Positions 45,881-55,429 of a DNA stretch of 58,729 bases are shown in pieces. Under the pieces are notes generated by a model. The model ran no database searches and was not told the DNA's origin. It saw only the letters and a list, made by a program, of their open reading frames with translations. The position numbers were made by a program, and so were the translations under genes. This DNA comes from a virus (Duplodnaviria > Caudoviricetes), in the IMG/VR virus record IMGVR_UViG_3300045912_000522, positions 1 through 58,729 of that record. The stretch is one strand, 5' to 3'. Within the stretch, counting starts at the first letter, position 1. The number at the start of each line of letters is the position of its first letter.

Positions 45881-46251
45881 GGCTCGGCCCTCGGCGTCAC
45901 GCGGACGACGACCTCCGGCCGGAGCGCCCACTCCCTCCCCGTCTCCTGGGTCCAGCTCACATAGCGAACCCACCTCTCGGTATCCACCGGCGTGATGGCG
46001 CCGTTGAAGAGGCCGTCTATCGCGCTCTTGCACGAGGCGAGAAGGTTGTCAGGGTCGAGCCGCCGCCCGCGCCGCACGAGAATGGACACGTCTACCGGCC
46101 CCGTCATCGTCGGGCACCCCGCCAGCCGCCAAGCGAGCGTTGCCGCCATGCGAGCTACCTTCGTCTCCCGCGCCTTCGCGGCCCAATGAAGCCGGCGGTA
46201 TCGGTTGGGCGAGCAGCGGCCCACGTCGAAGGGCACGACTATCTCAATCAC
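45877..46251 (-). CDS. RusA-like Holliday junction resolvase
   Basis: SPN...HW, DPDNLLASCKSAIDGL, VD. Confidence 0.7.
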   Translation of the reverse strand: MIEIVVPFDVGRCSPNRYRRLHWAAKARETKVARMAATLAWRLAGCPTMTGPVDVSILVRRGRRLDPDNLLASCKSAIDGLFNGAITPVDTERWVRYVSWTQETGREWALRPEVVVRVTPRAEP

Positions 46252-47102
46252 CGCCGGCCCCTCCGCGTAATCTGGTCTCGGCCCGGCGTGTCGGGGAACC
46301 CCCGGAAGTTCTCCGCGTTATCGAACTTCGCCACGCATTCCTCGAAGGTGCGATTGCACCCCGCCGTTAGCATGAAGATGTCCCCAGCCACGACGAGGAA
46401 CGGGAACAACTCCTGCAGTGTCACGACGGCGTTCCCGCCGCTGTGAATATGCGTCTTGATTTCCCGACGGTGTCCCTTGTTGGCTCCGCTCCTCGCTTCG
46501 CACTCGCCATAACTGTAGTAGCCCGTCGCCTGCAGATCGCCAGTGAACACGAGGGTCTTGCCCGAGACACTCTGCGCCGTCCGCTGGAACGTGTGTGCCG
46601 ACAGGTCCACACCGCAGCGCGTGTCGCCCAGCCGCCGCACCTGGCAGGTGCGGCTGACGAGGTTGCCGACGGACTGCTGGAGCCGCTGCAAGAGGCTCCG
46701 CACCTCCACGCGGAACTGGCCTTCGGAGAACGTGATTTCTCCCAGGCTACCGGAGACGAGGACGAGGCTACCCATCGTGAGGTCCGCCCAGTTCACGAGG
46801 AAGGCTTCCACCTCGGCGCCGTTATAGATGCCCGCCCGCAGGTCGAGCGCCGTCACCCGGTCGGATTGGATGAGCCCGAGCACCTCGAAGTTGTCCGCTC
46901 CCCCACCCTCGGCGGCGCGTAGCGCCGTGGCCTGAACGGCGCTTTCCGGCTCGTAGGTGAGGCCCTCCAACGTCAGCGGTCGGTCGAACGAGGTGAAGCC
47001 CATTGCCTGGCCGTCGAGCCGGGTTAGCTTCAGACAGAGTGCCAGCGTGAGCACCTCGCCGGCCAGGTGCGCTGCGAGTTCTGGGCTGATGTCACGCGGC
47101 AT
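46248..47102 (-). CDS. GTA-like tail hub protein (DUF2163-type)
   Basis: LTRLDG..GFTSFD, C...LGDTRCGVDL, AGCNRTFEECVAKFDN.ENFRGFP. Confidence 0.88.
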   Translation of the reverse strand: MPRDISPELAAHLAGEVLTLALCLKLTRLDGQAMGFTSFDRPLTLEGLTYEPESAVQATALRAAEGGGADNFEVLGLIQSDRVTALDLRAGIYNGAEVEAFLVNWADLTMGSLVLVSGSLGEITFSEGQFRVEVRSLLQRLQQSVGNLVSRTCQVRRLGDTRCGVDLSAHTFQRTAQSVSGKTLVFTGDLQATGYYSYGECEARSGANKGHRREIKTHIHSGGNAVVTLQELFPFLVVAGDIFMLTAGCNRTFEECVAKFDNAENFRGFPDTPGRDQITRRGRR

Positions 47103-47105
47103 GGG

Positions 47106-47954
47106 CTACCCCGGATTGTGCCGCACCTCGATGAGCGGCACGTCTTCCCAGTCACGGACGAAGCTATCCGTCTCCATCATCAACTGCCGGTCGGTGTCGA
47201 AGCGCATCGGGACGTGGAATCGGCAGGTGACGGTCAGCTCCTCGTCGGGCTGTACGTATTTCGCTGCGGTGCCGCCCGACGTATAAGCGCTGAACCCCGA
47301 CGTGTCGAGATCGATGGTGAACGTCGTCCCGGTCGGCGTGGAGAGCACCTCGGCCACCTGGAAGTTGATCTGCGTCATCCCGCCGACCCCGGAGAAGTAG
47401 ACAATATCGCCGACCGAGAGCCCGTGCGCGGCGGCAGTCGTCACCGTCGGCGTCGCCGCCTGCGTGATGTTGGTGATAGAGGCCGTGCTGTCCGGTGAGA
47501 GGGTAAAGATCCCCGTATTGGCGTTGTAGGTGAACGCCAGGAACGGAGAGCCGTTGCGCTCCAGCGTCGGCAGCGCTTCAGTCTCGTCGATCTTGTAGAT
47601 GTCGCGCCGGTAGATGACCGGCGACACGCCATACGCCTTTGTGAGCTGGAACGTCGGCGCGCCGGTGAGCACCTGGGGCTCCTCGTCGAGCCGGTAGTCG
47701 TGCCAGTGCTTCACCCGGAACCCGCGCGTCGGGCCGCGCCGCGCTAGCCAGAACGCCGTCAGCTCGGCGGCCTGCTCGGGTGTGCGGCTTCCGTGGGTGA
47801 CGTTCAGGCGCAGGCGGCCGTCCTGGTTCAGGAGGATGCGCTGCTCGGCCCCGTTCTCCGTCTCCACGATGATGACGGAGAACTGATGGCCCCCGACCGC
47901 ACCGCGCGATATCTCCGGCGGCAGCAGCACCTCGTCGATGACGGGAGCTGCCAT
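47106..47954 (-). CDS. GTA-like distal tail protein (DUF2460-type) with inserted domain
   Basis: GAVGG..F, ARRG..GFR, FQLTKAYG, FHVPMRFDTD; insert ITNITQA..AHGLSVGDIVYFSGVGGMTQIN. Confidence 0.85.
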   Translation of the reverse strand: MAAPVIDEVLLPPEISRGAVGGHQFSVIIVETENGAEQRILLNQDGRLRLNVTHGSRTPEQAAELTAFWLARRGPTRGFRVKHWHDYRLDEEPQVLTGAPTFQLTKAYGVSPVIYRRDIYKIDETEALPTLERNGSPFLAFTYNANTGIFTLSPDSTASITNITQAATPTVTTAAAHGLSVGDIVYFSGVGGMTQINFQVAEVLSTPTGTTFTIDLDTSGFSAYTSGGTAAKYVQPDEELTVTCRFHVPMRFDTDRQLMMETDSFVRDWEDVPLIEVRHNPG

Positions 47955-47957
47955 GCC

Positions 47958-48008
47958 CTAGTAGCCCTTGCCCTTCCGCTTGCCGCCCCTGCTGCCCTTC
48001 TTCCTCAC
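47958..48008 (-). CDS. 16-aa basic micro-ORF (MRKKGSRGGKRKGKGY)
   Basis: RBS GAGGAGGT; stop 3 nt before the distal-tail ATG. Confidence 0.4.
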   Translation of the reverse strand: MRKKGSRGGKRKGKGY

Positions 48009-48140
48009 GGTGCCACCTCCTCAAGCGATCCACTGCCCCCTTCTTTCATTGTAGCCGCGAGCCCGTCTGCGCCCGATCTGCAACTCACCCTCTCGCGATG
48101 GTCGCGACCGGCCATAATGGAGCGCAGGAGGTATGCCTAT

Positions 48141-48881
48141 ATGAAAAGCTGGAGTGTTCTGCTCGTCTCTGCCCTGGCTGTCCTGCCCGCCACACTCTCG
48201 CCCTCGCCTGCCACCGCGGTGACCCTCGCCGAGGGGACTCCTGTGCAGGTGAGACTTCTCCAGGATCTTAAGTCCGGCCACGCGCGTAAGGGCGAGCAGG
48301 TCCGCTTCGAGGTCGTCTCCGATGTCGTCGGCCCCGACCGCAGCATACTCGTCCCCAAGGGGACGCCCGCAGTAGGTACCGTTACACGCTCCACGGGCCG
48401 GAAGATGTTCGGCAAGCCCGGCAAGCTGGAGTTCACCATCGAATACATCCGCCTGCCGGATGACACGCGGATCCCGCTGCGAAGCACCCCCACCGCAGCC
48501 CAGGGGCGCAACAACAGTGGGGTCGCCATCGCCACCGCCGTTCTCCTGGCACCGATTGCCCTGCTGGTAAAGGGACGTGAGGTCACGGTCAGGACGGGGC
48601 GTGAGTTCGGCGTCTTCGTGGATAAGTCACTGGATCTGGCTCGCTCGAATGCGAGTGGGCGGCCCGAGGTGGAGACAGTGGCCCTGCACGTTCCCAAGAA
48701 CGCATCCGCGCAGTTGTCCGAGGTCAAGCTAAAGAGCGGGCTCATCCTGACCGGGACCATCATCGGGTTCAAAGATGGGGCCTACATTCTCCAGACGGAG
48801 GCGGGACAGATGACCATTCCGCAGGAGCGCGTGGAGAGTATCACGCAGCCGAAGGTGCCAACGGCGAACGCCCAGGAGTAG
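48141..48881 (+). CDS. Secreted protein (moron, antisense to tail operon)
   Basis: Signal peptide; LAEGTPVQVRL..LKSG..GE.V.F; RBS AGGAGG. Confidence 0.7.
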   Translation: MKSWSVLLVSALAVLPATLSPSPATAVTLAEGTPVQVRLLQDLKSGHARKGEQVRFEVVSDVVGPDRSILVPKGTPAVGTVTRSTGRKMFGKPGKLEFTIEYIRLPDDTRIPLRSTPTAAQGRNNSGVAIATAVLLAPIALLVKGREVTVRTGREFGVFVDKSLDLARSNASGRPEVETVALHVPKNASAQLSEVKLKSGLILTGTIIGFKDGAYILQTEAGQMTIPQERVESITQPKVPTANAQE

Positions 48882-48962
48882 TCCGACCGGCCTGCCGTGT
48901 GAGCGAATTCACACGGCAGGCAAGCAAGCGACCGGATATAATCCTGCTTGGAGGTCGAAGTC

Positions 48963-49457
48963 ATGAGCAAGACAGCGCTCGTCTGGTTTGGTTGTATTGC
49001 AGTGTTGACGGTCGTCTTCTTCGCCGTCGGTCCTGCCGAGAGAACCGCGCCCCCGGCAGGCACACACAGTTCCAGCCAAGAGGATGCGCCAACTGTCACC
49101 GGGGAAGCCCTGATGACGCCGGCCCTACGGAGGCAGTTCTCGGCCCCCGCCCCGACCCCGCGACCGAAGCCTACGCCAAGGCCCGAGCTTGTGCTGAAGC
49201 CGGACTGGGAGATCGTCGTGGAGGAGTTCGCGGTCAAAATCCGAGGCCGGGTCGTGAACCGCACCGGACAGAACCTCCGTTATGCCGAGATCCGCTTCCA
49301 TGTCTACGACAAGAGCGGCGCCCTCCTCAAGACGGCGATGACCAACGTCACCGACCTGGAGGCTGGCAGTGTGTAGCGGTTCGAAGCGATCGGCCCGATT
49401 GGCGACGAGGCGAAGCAGGTGGCGACGGCGAAGCTGGCCGCTCTGGAGTGGCGATAG
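48963..49457 (+). pseudogene. FxLYD-domain exported protein with in-frame TAG at 49374
   Basis: IRGRVVNRTG..YAEIRFHVYDKSG..TDLEAGSV*RFEAIG...; frame stays open to 49457. Confidence 0.7.
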
Positions 49458-49459
49458 CG

Positions 49460-52400
49460 TCAGAACTCCCCGCCCGCACGACGCTCTGCTCGACGCAACG
49501 CCAGTGCCGCTGCTGCCTCGACCTGGCTTCCGCTCCGGCGGAAGCTGTTCGCGTCCTGGGTGACGACAGTCATGTTGACCACGATCGGTCGAGTGCCTCC
49601 GGTCGGCAAAGGCTCCACGCGGCCGGAGCGGTTGGGGATGAAGATTTCCGGTCCAGGCTCACCGACGAGGTAGGCCCGCCCCGCGTCAACCGGCCCTCCG
49701 TGCGCGCGCCGTCCTCCGAAGAGGCTTCCCACTGGCCCCGCAATCCCCGGTGTCCCGCCACCCAGCGCACCGAAGATGAGGTTGGTCAACTGGCTCGCGA
49801 GGAACTGCGCCGCCATCTGCTGCAACATCCGCTCGAAACCGTCGATGACGCCCTGGAAGAAGCCGCCGAAGCCGTCCTCGCGCAGGCGGTCGAACGCGTC
49901 CATGAACACGTCCTGCGTGCCCTGGGCCAGGTCGCGGAGCGCCTCCTTCTTCGCCGCTGTGGCGTCGATCTCCCGCTGCAAGTCGCCCAACTCGAAGATA
50001 GCGATGCTGATGTCGTCGCCGAGGGTCTCCAGGGACGTGCCGAAGAGTTCCCATGCCAGTCTGCCTTCGACGCTGCCGTCCCGCAGAATGTCGAGTTCAC
50101 GGCGCAGCTCCTGGCCCTTCTCACCTACCGTCACCATCGCCTCGGCCCACGCCTTTAGGGCTTCTTTGTTCTGCTCCCAGGGAGCCTGCGGGGCCATCTG
50201 GATAAGCCTTTCAACGAAGTCTAGGAAGTTGCCGAGCGGAACGGTCGCCGCCTTGGCCTGGTTCGCCATCTCCTCGAAGCGCATTGCTTGCGCCTGGGCG
50301 ATAATGGCGTGCCGGTTCAGTCCGTCTGTGACGTCTCGAATGGACTTGCCATATTCCTCCCAGGCGATCTTGTTCTCCAGACTGCTGTCTCGCATGAGGT
50401 CGAGAATGCGAGACGTCTTCCTGAACAGTCCGTTCGTGATGGCCTGGATCCGGTTCCGCTCCGCCTCCGCATCCCTCTGCTTGCGCTGGCGCTCTTCTTC
50501 CTTGGCGATAGCGTCCGTCAACTGGGCGGCCGTCCTGACCAGTTCCTGCTGCTTCTTGTTGAGGTCAGCCATCGATCGGCCGAACAGTTCGAAGGCGAGC
50601 CGGGCCGTCGTTGTCGTCTGCCGCATGGCCGACCAGCGCTTGTTCAGGTCGTCAATGCGGTCATCGGCGGCTTTCATCTCGGCTCGCTGCTTCCGCAGTC
50701 CCTCGTTGTACTCCAGAATGCCCGCGAGTTCCTTGCGCCGCTTCTCGTCCACCAGGTTGAAGCTATTGGCAAGCCGGATAGCGGTGTCGCTGGCCCCTGC
50801 CTGAAGCATTGCCTGCTCGGTCAGCGCCTCCCGCATGGCGGCCTGGAAGCTCTTCACCTGCTGCTCGGCGTCCGTGAGCTGCTTCTTCGTCTTCTTGCCA
50901 AGGTCGTCGAAGAGCCCTGGAACGTGCGGCGCGCTGGTCATCACCTTGCTCGCCGCCGTCTTGGCCGCCGCTGCGGTGGCCGCGGCACGCTGTGCCGCCT
51001 GCTGCTTGGCCTTCTGGAATGCCGCGTCGTTCGCTCCGGCCGCCGCCGCCACGTCGGGCAACTGCGTGCGCCCCTGCTGGAGGAGTGTCGAGGCGTTCGC
51101 CGCGCGCTCGGCTTCGGAGACGGCGGCTCGAATACCCGCGACAAACCTCTGCGCCAGCCGGGCGGGGTTCATAATCGTCGCCAGGAAGTCCATCGTGCGG
51201 CCGGCGTTGGCCTTGATGGTCTCCAGCGCATTTCCCCACTCGCCCTGAAGCACGCTCGTCAGGCTCGACCAGACGCTCTTGACGACGCCGGCACCCTCTT
51301 CGAAGATGGCCTTGATGCCGTTCCAGACACCCGCCGTCGCTTCTCGGATATGGCCGAAGTTGGTAGCCCAGGCGGCCGCCAGAGCGGCAGCAGCGGCGGT
51401 GACGGCGAGCACGAGAGGCCCCAGAGGCCCTGTGATGACCGCCCACGTCGCGAGCGCCGCCACGCGCAGGGCAGCAAGCGCAGGCAAAAGGCCGCGGATG
51501 GCATTCGCGAGTGTGCCGAGAGCGACGAGGGCCGGGCCCGCCAGCGCTGCGCCGGCCACCCCGAGCACGATAGACTTCTGCGTCGACTGGTCAAGTTTGC
51601 CGAACTCTCCCGCGAGGTCCGCCGCTCGCTTCGCCAGTGCCTCCAGGTCGCCGAGGAACGGCTTCACGGCAGCGTTTAAGGTCGTATCAATGGAGGACTG
51701 CAGCGCGTCCAGGGCACCCTTCAGCCCCTTGTTCTGCGCTGCGGCGAGGTCGGCGGCACTGCCCGCCTTGCTCACCTGGTCGCGCATACGGCCGAACTCT
51801 TCGCTGCCGGCGCGGGCGATGATACTCGCCGCCCGCATCGCGTCCGAGCCGAAGATGATCGAGAGCGCGGCATTCCGGTTCTCCTGCGACAGCCCGTCGA
51901 GCGCCGTCTTCAGGATCTGCGCCGACCGCTGCATTCCGACGAACTGGCCGTTGGCGTCGAAGAAGCTGATCTTCAGCTTTTCCATCGCCGCCTTCGCCTC
52001 TTTGGTCGTCGGGTTCAGGCGGGAGAGCATGGTCTTTAGCGAGGTGCCGGCGTCGCTCCCCTTGATCCCCGATTGCGCGAGGAGGCTGATGGCGGTCGTC
52101 GCGTCGGCGATGCCCACGCCCATCTCGCGGAAGGAGGCTCCCGACTGCGCGAGGGCCTGCGCCATCTCGTCGATGGAGCCGGTGGAGGCGTTGGCCGCAC
52201 CGGCGAGCAAGTCGGCCACCCGGATGGCCTCGGAGCCGGCAAGGCCGAACGTGGCAAGGCTGTCAGCGGTGATTTCGGCGGCGCGGGCATTGTCGATCTG
52301 GGCGGCGGCGGAGAGCTGGAGGACGGCGCGCGCCGAGGACATCGTGTCCGCCACGGAGAGGCCGCCCTTGGAGAGTTCCAACATCGCTTGCGCGGCATCG

Positions 52401-52717
52401 GCGGCCGAGGTGCCCGGCAGCGCGAGGTCCGCACCAAGATCCTCGGCGAGCTTGCCGAGCTGGGCCATCTGCTCGCCCGTCGCACCGGAGGTGGCCCGAA
52501 GGACGTTCAGGGACTGCTCCAGGTCCATCGCCACCTTGACGCCACGGGCGGCGAGCCCGGCCAGCGGTGCGGTTAGCGCGGCCGAGAGGCCGACGCCGAT
52601 CCGCTGCAGCTTTGGACCAAGCTTCTCGAGTCGCCCCTCGATGGCCTCCACGCCCCGGTCAAAGGCGGACGCCTCCACGCCGATCGCGGCACGCAACTGG
52701 GTCACGGTGATGGCCAC
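49460..52717 (-). CDS. Tape measure protein (TP901-like core)
   Basis: 1085 aa Ala-rich, GIKGSDAGTSLK core, C-terminal AHGGPV..YLVGE.GPE. Confidence 0.93.
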   Translation of the reverse strand: MAITVTQLRAAIGVEASAFDRGVEAIEGRLEKLGPKLQRIGVGLSAALTAPLAGLAARGVKVAMDLEQSLNVLRATSGATGEQMAQLGKLAEDLGADLALPGTSAADAAQAMLELSKGGLSVADTMSSARAVLQLSAAAQIDNARAAEITADSLATFGLAGSEAIRVADLLAGAANASTGSIDEMAQALAQSGASFREMGVGIADATTAISLLAQSGIKGSDAGTSLKTMLSRLNPTTKEAKAAMEKLKISFFDANGQFVGMQRSAQILKTALDGLSQENRNAALSIIFGSDAMRAASIIARAGSEEFGRMRDQVSKAGSAADLAAAQNKGLKGALDALQSSIDTTLNAAVKPFLGDLEALAKRAADLAGEFGKLDQSTQKSIVLGVAGAALAGPALVALGTLANAIRGLLPALAALRVAALATWAVITGPLGPLVLAVTAAAAALAAAWATNFGHIREATAGVWNGIKAIFEEGAGVVKSVWSSLTSVLQGEWGNALETIKANAGRTMDFLATIMNPARLAQRFVAGIRAAVSEAERAANASTLLQQGRTQLPDVAAAAGANDAAFQKAKQQAAQRAAATAAAAKTAASKVMTSAPHVPGLFDDLGKKTKKQLTDAEQQVKSFQAAMREALTEQAMLQAGASDTAIRLANSFNLVDEKRRKELAGILEYNEGLRKQRAEMKAADDRIDDLNKRWSAMRQTTTTARLAFELFGRSMADLNKKQQELVRTAAQLTDAIAKEEERQRKQRDAEAERNRIQAITNGLFRKTSRILDLMRDSSLENKIAWEEYGKSIRDVTDGLNRHAIIAQAQAMRFEEMANQAKAATVPLGNFLDFVERLIQMAPQAPWEQNKEALKAWAEAMVTVGEKGQELRRELDILRDGSVEGRLAWELFGTSLETLGDDISIAIFELGDLQREIDATAAKKEALRDLAQGTQDVFMDAFDRLREDGFGGFFQGVIDGFERMLQQMAAQFLASQLTNLIFGALGGGTPGIAGPVGSLFGGRRAHGGPVDAGRAYLVGEPGPEIFIPNRSGRVEPLPTGGTRPIVVNMTVVTQDANSFRRSGSQVEAAAALALRRAERRAGGEF

Positions 52718-52762
52718 AGTCTACCTCCTGACGAAAGGGGCTGGCAAGACGTCAGCCCCTCC

Positions 52763-53011
52763 CTACCGATGCCTCCCCTTCTTCCGGTCCCGCTTGGCCC
52801 GCTCGGCGTCCGCCCATCCCTCCGCGCTGATGAGTTCCAGGGCGGCGTCACGGTAGAAGATGGGCGCGTCCTCCAGCTCCCACGGTGGGATGTGCAGCGC
52901 CTGCGCTGCCTTGAAGAGCGGATACCAGTCGGGGCACCAGCCCCGTTCCCCGCGCGAGACTAGCCAGACCCGAAACTGCCGGCGGGCTTCGGCGGGGTCG
53001 CCGCGTTTGGG
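52763..53011 (-). CDS. Tail assembly chaperone -1 frameshift extension (gpT-like)
   Basis: Slippery C CCA AAC at 53011-53005; -1 frame open to 52763. Confidence 0.7.
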   Translation of the reverse strand, partial: PKRGDPAEARRQFRVWLVSRGERGWCPDWYPLFKAAQALHIPPWELEDAPIFYRDAALELISAEGWADAERAKRDRKKGRHR

Positions 53012-53361
53012 CTCTGGTCTCCCTGCAGCGCCTCGACGACGGCAGTCAGAAACGCGATCGGCAGCGCCGAGACGTGCTCCTCGTCCAACGGCACCGGGCA
53101 CTCCTCGACGCCGATTTCGTTGCCGTCCGCATCGAGGATCGGGAACTCGTCCAGCACCTCCCACCGCTGAACGCAGTGCGTGATGGTCGTGACGAGGAAG
53201 CGCGTCTGCACGTCGCCCTTCAGGTCGTCCCGAAGGCGCTGCTCGAACTTCGGCGTGTAGAGCGACGGCGCATACCAGAACTTGAAGGTGGAGCCGCCGA
53301 AGTTGCACTCCACCTCGCGCTGCTCGGCGGTCTCCCGGTAGTGCTTGAGAGAGAACCCCAC
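52960..53361 (-). CDS. Tail assembly chaperone (gpG-like)
   Basis: Between tail tube and tape measure genes. Confidence 0.75.
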   Translation of the reverse strand: MGFSLKHYRETAEQREVECNFGGSTFKFWYAPSLYTPKFEQRLRDDLKGDVQTRFLVTTITHCVQRWEVLDEFPILDADGNEIGVEECPVPLDEEHVSALPIAFLTAVVEALQGDQSPNAATPPKPAGSFGSG

Positions 53362-53364
53362 CTC

Positions 53365-54972
53365 TTATGCCTCCAGCCCAGTGAGCGGGACATCCAGCTC
53401 CCACTCGACGAATCCATTGAATGAGGACACCTCCGTGTAGATCCCGGTGGCGTCGAAAGTCTTGGTGTAGACGTCGTCGCTGTCGCCCTGGTCCTGTCCG
53501 GTCAGCTTCACAGGAACTGTGAGGCGCGCCCGATAGCGGAAATCGCCCTCGATGACCGGACCCCAGGCCTCCAGCCGCAGGAACTGCGTCGTCTTGTTCC
53601 GCAGCTTCGCCATCAGCGCGGCGGCGTCCCCGTCATACTGCATGACGAGCTGGCAGGTGTGCTCCGGCTCGCGCTCGACGTAGGCGCTGAAGCTCGGCTC
53701 GGCGTCGTCGAGCGTCATCTGCTCGGTGAACCGGTCGGTCAGGCTCCACTCGAACTCCGAGACGCGCAGGAGCTTCGACAGTCCGCCCGCCGTGCTCTGC
53801 GTCACCGCGATGGCAGGCGCCGTGATTCCCGTGAGGAGCGTCCCGTCACCGACGAAGAGCGGCTGGTTGTTGCCGGCGTAACGCCCGCCGAACGTGACCG
53901 TCCAGGGACCGCCCGCCGAGCCGGACACCGTCACGTCGCCGTCGACGAAGCACGGCAGCGCGAGCAGTGCCGTCTGCACGGTCGCCGCTGCCGCGTTCTC
54001 GGCGATGGGCGCCGTCGTGTGGACAGTGCCCGCCGGGTCGGTGAACGAGAGCGTGAACGTGCCGCCGGTCGCCTGCACGGTGACGACCTGCACCTCATTG
54101 GCCAGCGTGTCGCCCAGGTAGACGGAGACGATGTCGGGGTCGATGGGCACCTCGGGGACGTTGGCCAGCGCCTGGCCCTCCGTCACTGTCGTGACCGCGT
54201 GGCCGGCACCGCCCGTCAGGTTCGTGTCGTCAATCGTCATCTGCGTGCGGTTCGACGCGCCGAGGGCGCCCTGGAAGGTCACCGTCCACGGTCCCTGTTC
54301 GTTGCCCGTGACGGCCACGTCACCGGGCGCGATGTTGGAGAGCGCCTCCAGCGCCGACTGAACCTCGGCCGCCGACGCGTCCCAGTCGATAGCGGCGGTC
54401 GTCTGCCCTTCGAACGTGAGCGTGAACGTCCCGCCGGTATGCGTCCCCTTCGTGACCTGCTGCACCTCGTTTCGGCCGGCGCTGATGGTGACGCCCTCGG
54501 TCGTCTCCTGCCCGAGGAGCGAGCCCGAGACCGAAGCCTCCTCGCGCGTGAAGCGGAGCGTGAGGCCGTCAATCATCAGGTGCGTCACCTGTTCCGCGCG
54601 GACGGAGGAGCCCATCTGCGCCGTGTAGATGGCGGGGTCGTCCACGTCGTAATTGTTGGGCTTGAAGTTCCACCGTCGCGTGTTCGTGGCCCCCGCCGGC
54701 GTCGTCGGCGTGGGCTTCGTCAGCACGCCCGAAAGCAGGTAGATGAGGTCGTTGAACGCGCAGACGCCCTCGATACTGCCCTCGGTCCACTCCTTGTTGC
54801 GGATGGCCGTTGTGGCGGACTTGGAGCCCATCGGCGTAAACGGCTCGACGGGCACCTGTGGCGCGAACTGGAAGCCCGTCGCCTGGAGGCGCTTGACCGG
54901 CTGAACGGGCGTCCCCGGCGTCACCTCGACGCCGAGTAGGGTTGTCTGGAAAACGGATGCCCTCTCTGGCAC
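53365..54972 (-). CDS. Major tail tube protein with two inserted repeat domains
   Basis: LLGVEVTPGT N-terminus; two NEVQ..TGGTFTL..VQ.AL.AL..GDV.V.G..GPWTVTF domains. Confidence 0.75.
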   Translation of the reverse strand: MPERASVFQTTLLGVEVTPGTPVQPVKRLQATGFQFAPQVPVEPFTPMGSKSATTAIRNKEWTEGSIEGVCAFNDLIYLLSGVLTKPTPTTPAGATNTRRWNFKPNNYDVDDPAIYTAQMGSSVRAEQVTHLMIDGLTLRFTREEASVSGSLLGQETTEGVTISAGRNEVQQVTKGTHTGGTFTLTFEGQTTAAIDWDASAAEVQSALEALSNIAPGDVAVTGNEQGPWTVTFQGALGASNRTQMTIDDTNLTGGAGHAVTTVTEGQALANVPEVPIDPDIVSVYLGDTLANEVQVVTVQATGGTFTLSFTDPAGTVHTTAPIAENAAAATVQTALLALPCFVDGDVTVSGSAGGPWTVTFGGRYAGNNQPLFVGDGTLLTGITAPAIAVTQSTAGGLSKLLRVSEFEWSLTDRFTEQMTLDDAEPSFSAYVEREPEHTCQLVMQYDGDAAALMAKLRNKTTQFLRLEAWGPVIEGDFRYRARLTVPVKLTGQDQGDSDDVYTKTFDATGIYTEVSSFNGFVEWELDVPLTGLEA

Positions 54973-54985
54973 GGCCTACCCCCTT

Positions 54986-55429
54986 TCAGGCTCGCAGAAT
55001 GTGACAGAAAACACGGTATGTCCCTCCTCGGTGGAGGTATTGCACATCGTCACGCAGCTCGGGGAACTCCAGCAGGCTCTCCCGCCGGACCCCAAGCACG
55101 ACCAACTCGCCATCAGCCACGTCCAGCCGCTGCTTGCCGTTCACGGCGCCGTGGACGGCGTCGGCGATGGCGTCAGCCGCGGCGCCGTCGGTGCCCTGGA
55201 CTATCGCCTTGATGTCCCAGATGGGACGGGTGAACATGATAGACCGGCTGCCGACGGCGTTCCGATCCACGCCCGCGACAAACGAGAAGACAACATACGG
55301 CAGCACTGCGCCCGGCGGCGCGAGGTCGCGGTAGACCCGGTCGCCGACGAGCGCGACGAGCGGCCCGTGCCCGGTGAGCTGCTCGAACAGGAACTCGGCG
55401 CAGAGGCCCAGCTCGTTGATGTCGCTCAC
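54986..55429 (-). CDS. Tail terminator/completion protein
   Basis: LVALVGDRVY.DLAP....PYVVF; synteny. Confidence 0.75.
   Translation of the reverse strand: MSDINELGLCAEFLFEQLTGHGPLVALVGDRVYRDLAPPGAVLPYVVFSFVAGVDRNAVGSRSIMFTRPIWDIKAIVQGTDGAAADAIADAVHGAVNGKQRLDVADGELVVLGVRRESLLEFPELRDDVQYLHRGGTYRVFCHILRA

Noticed and set aside
43872-54939. Long plus-strand ORFs opposite tail genes (and similar antisense ORFs genome-wide)
   Set aside because: Typical high-GC shadow ORFs with no RBS or motifs.
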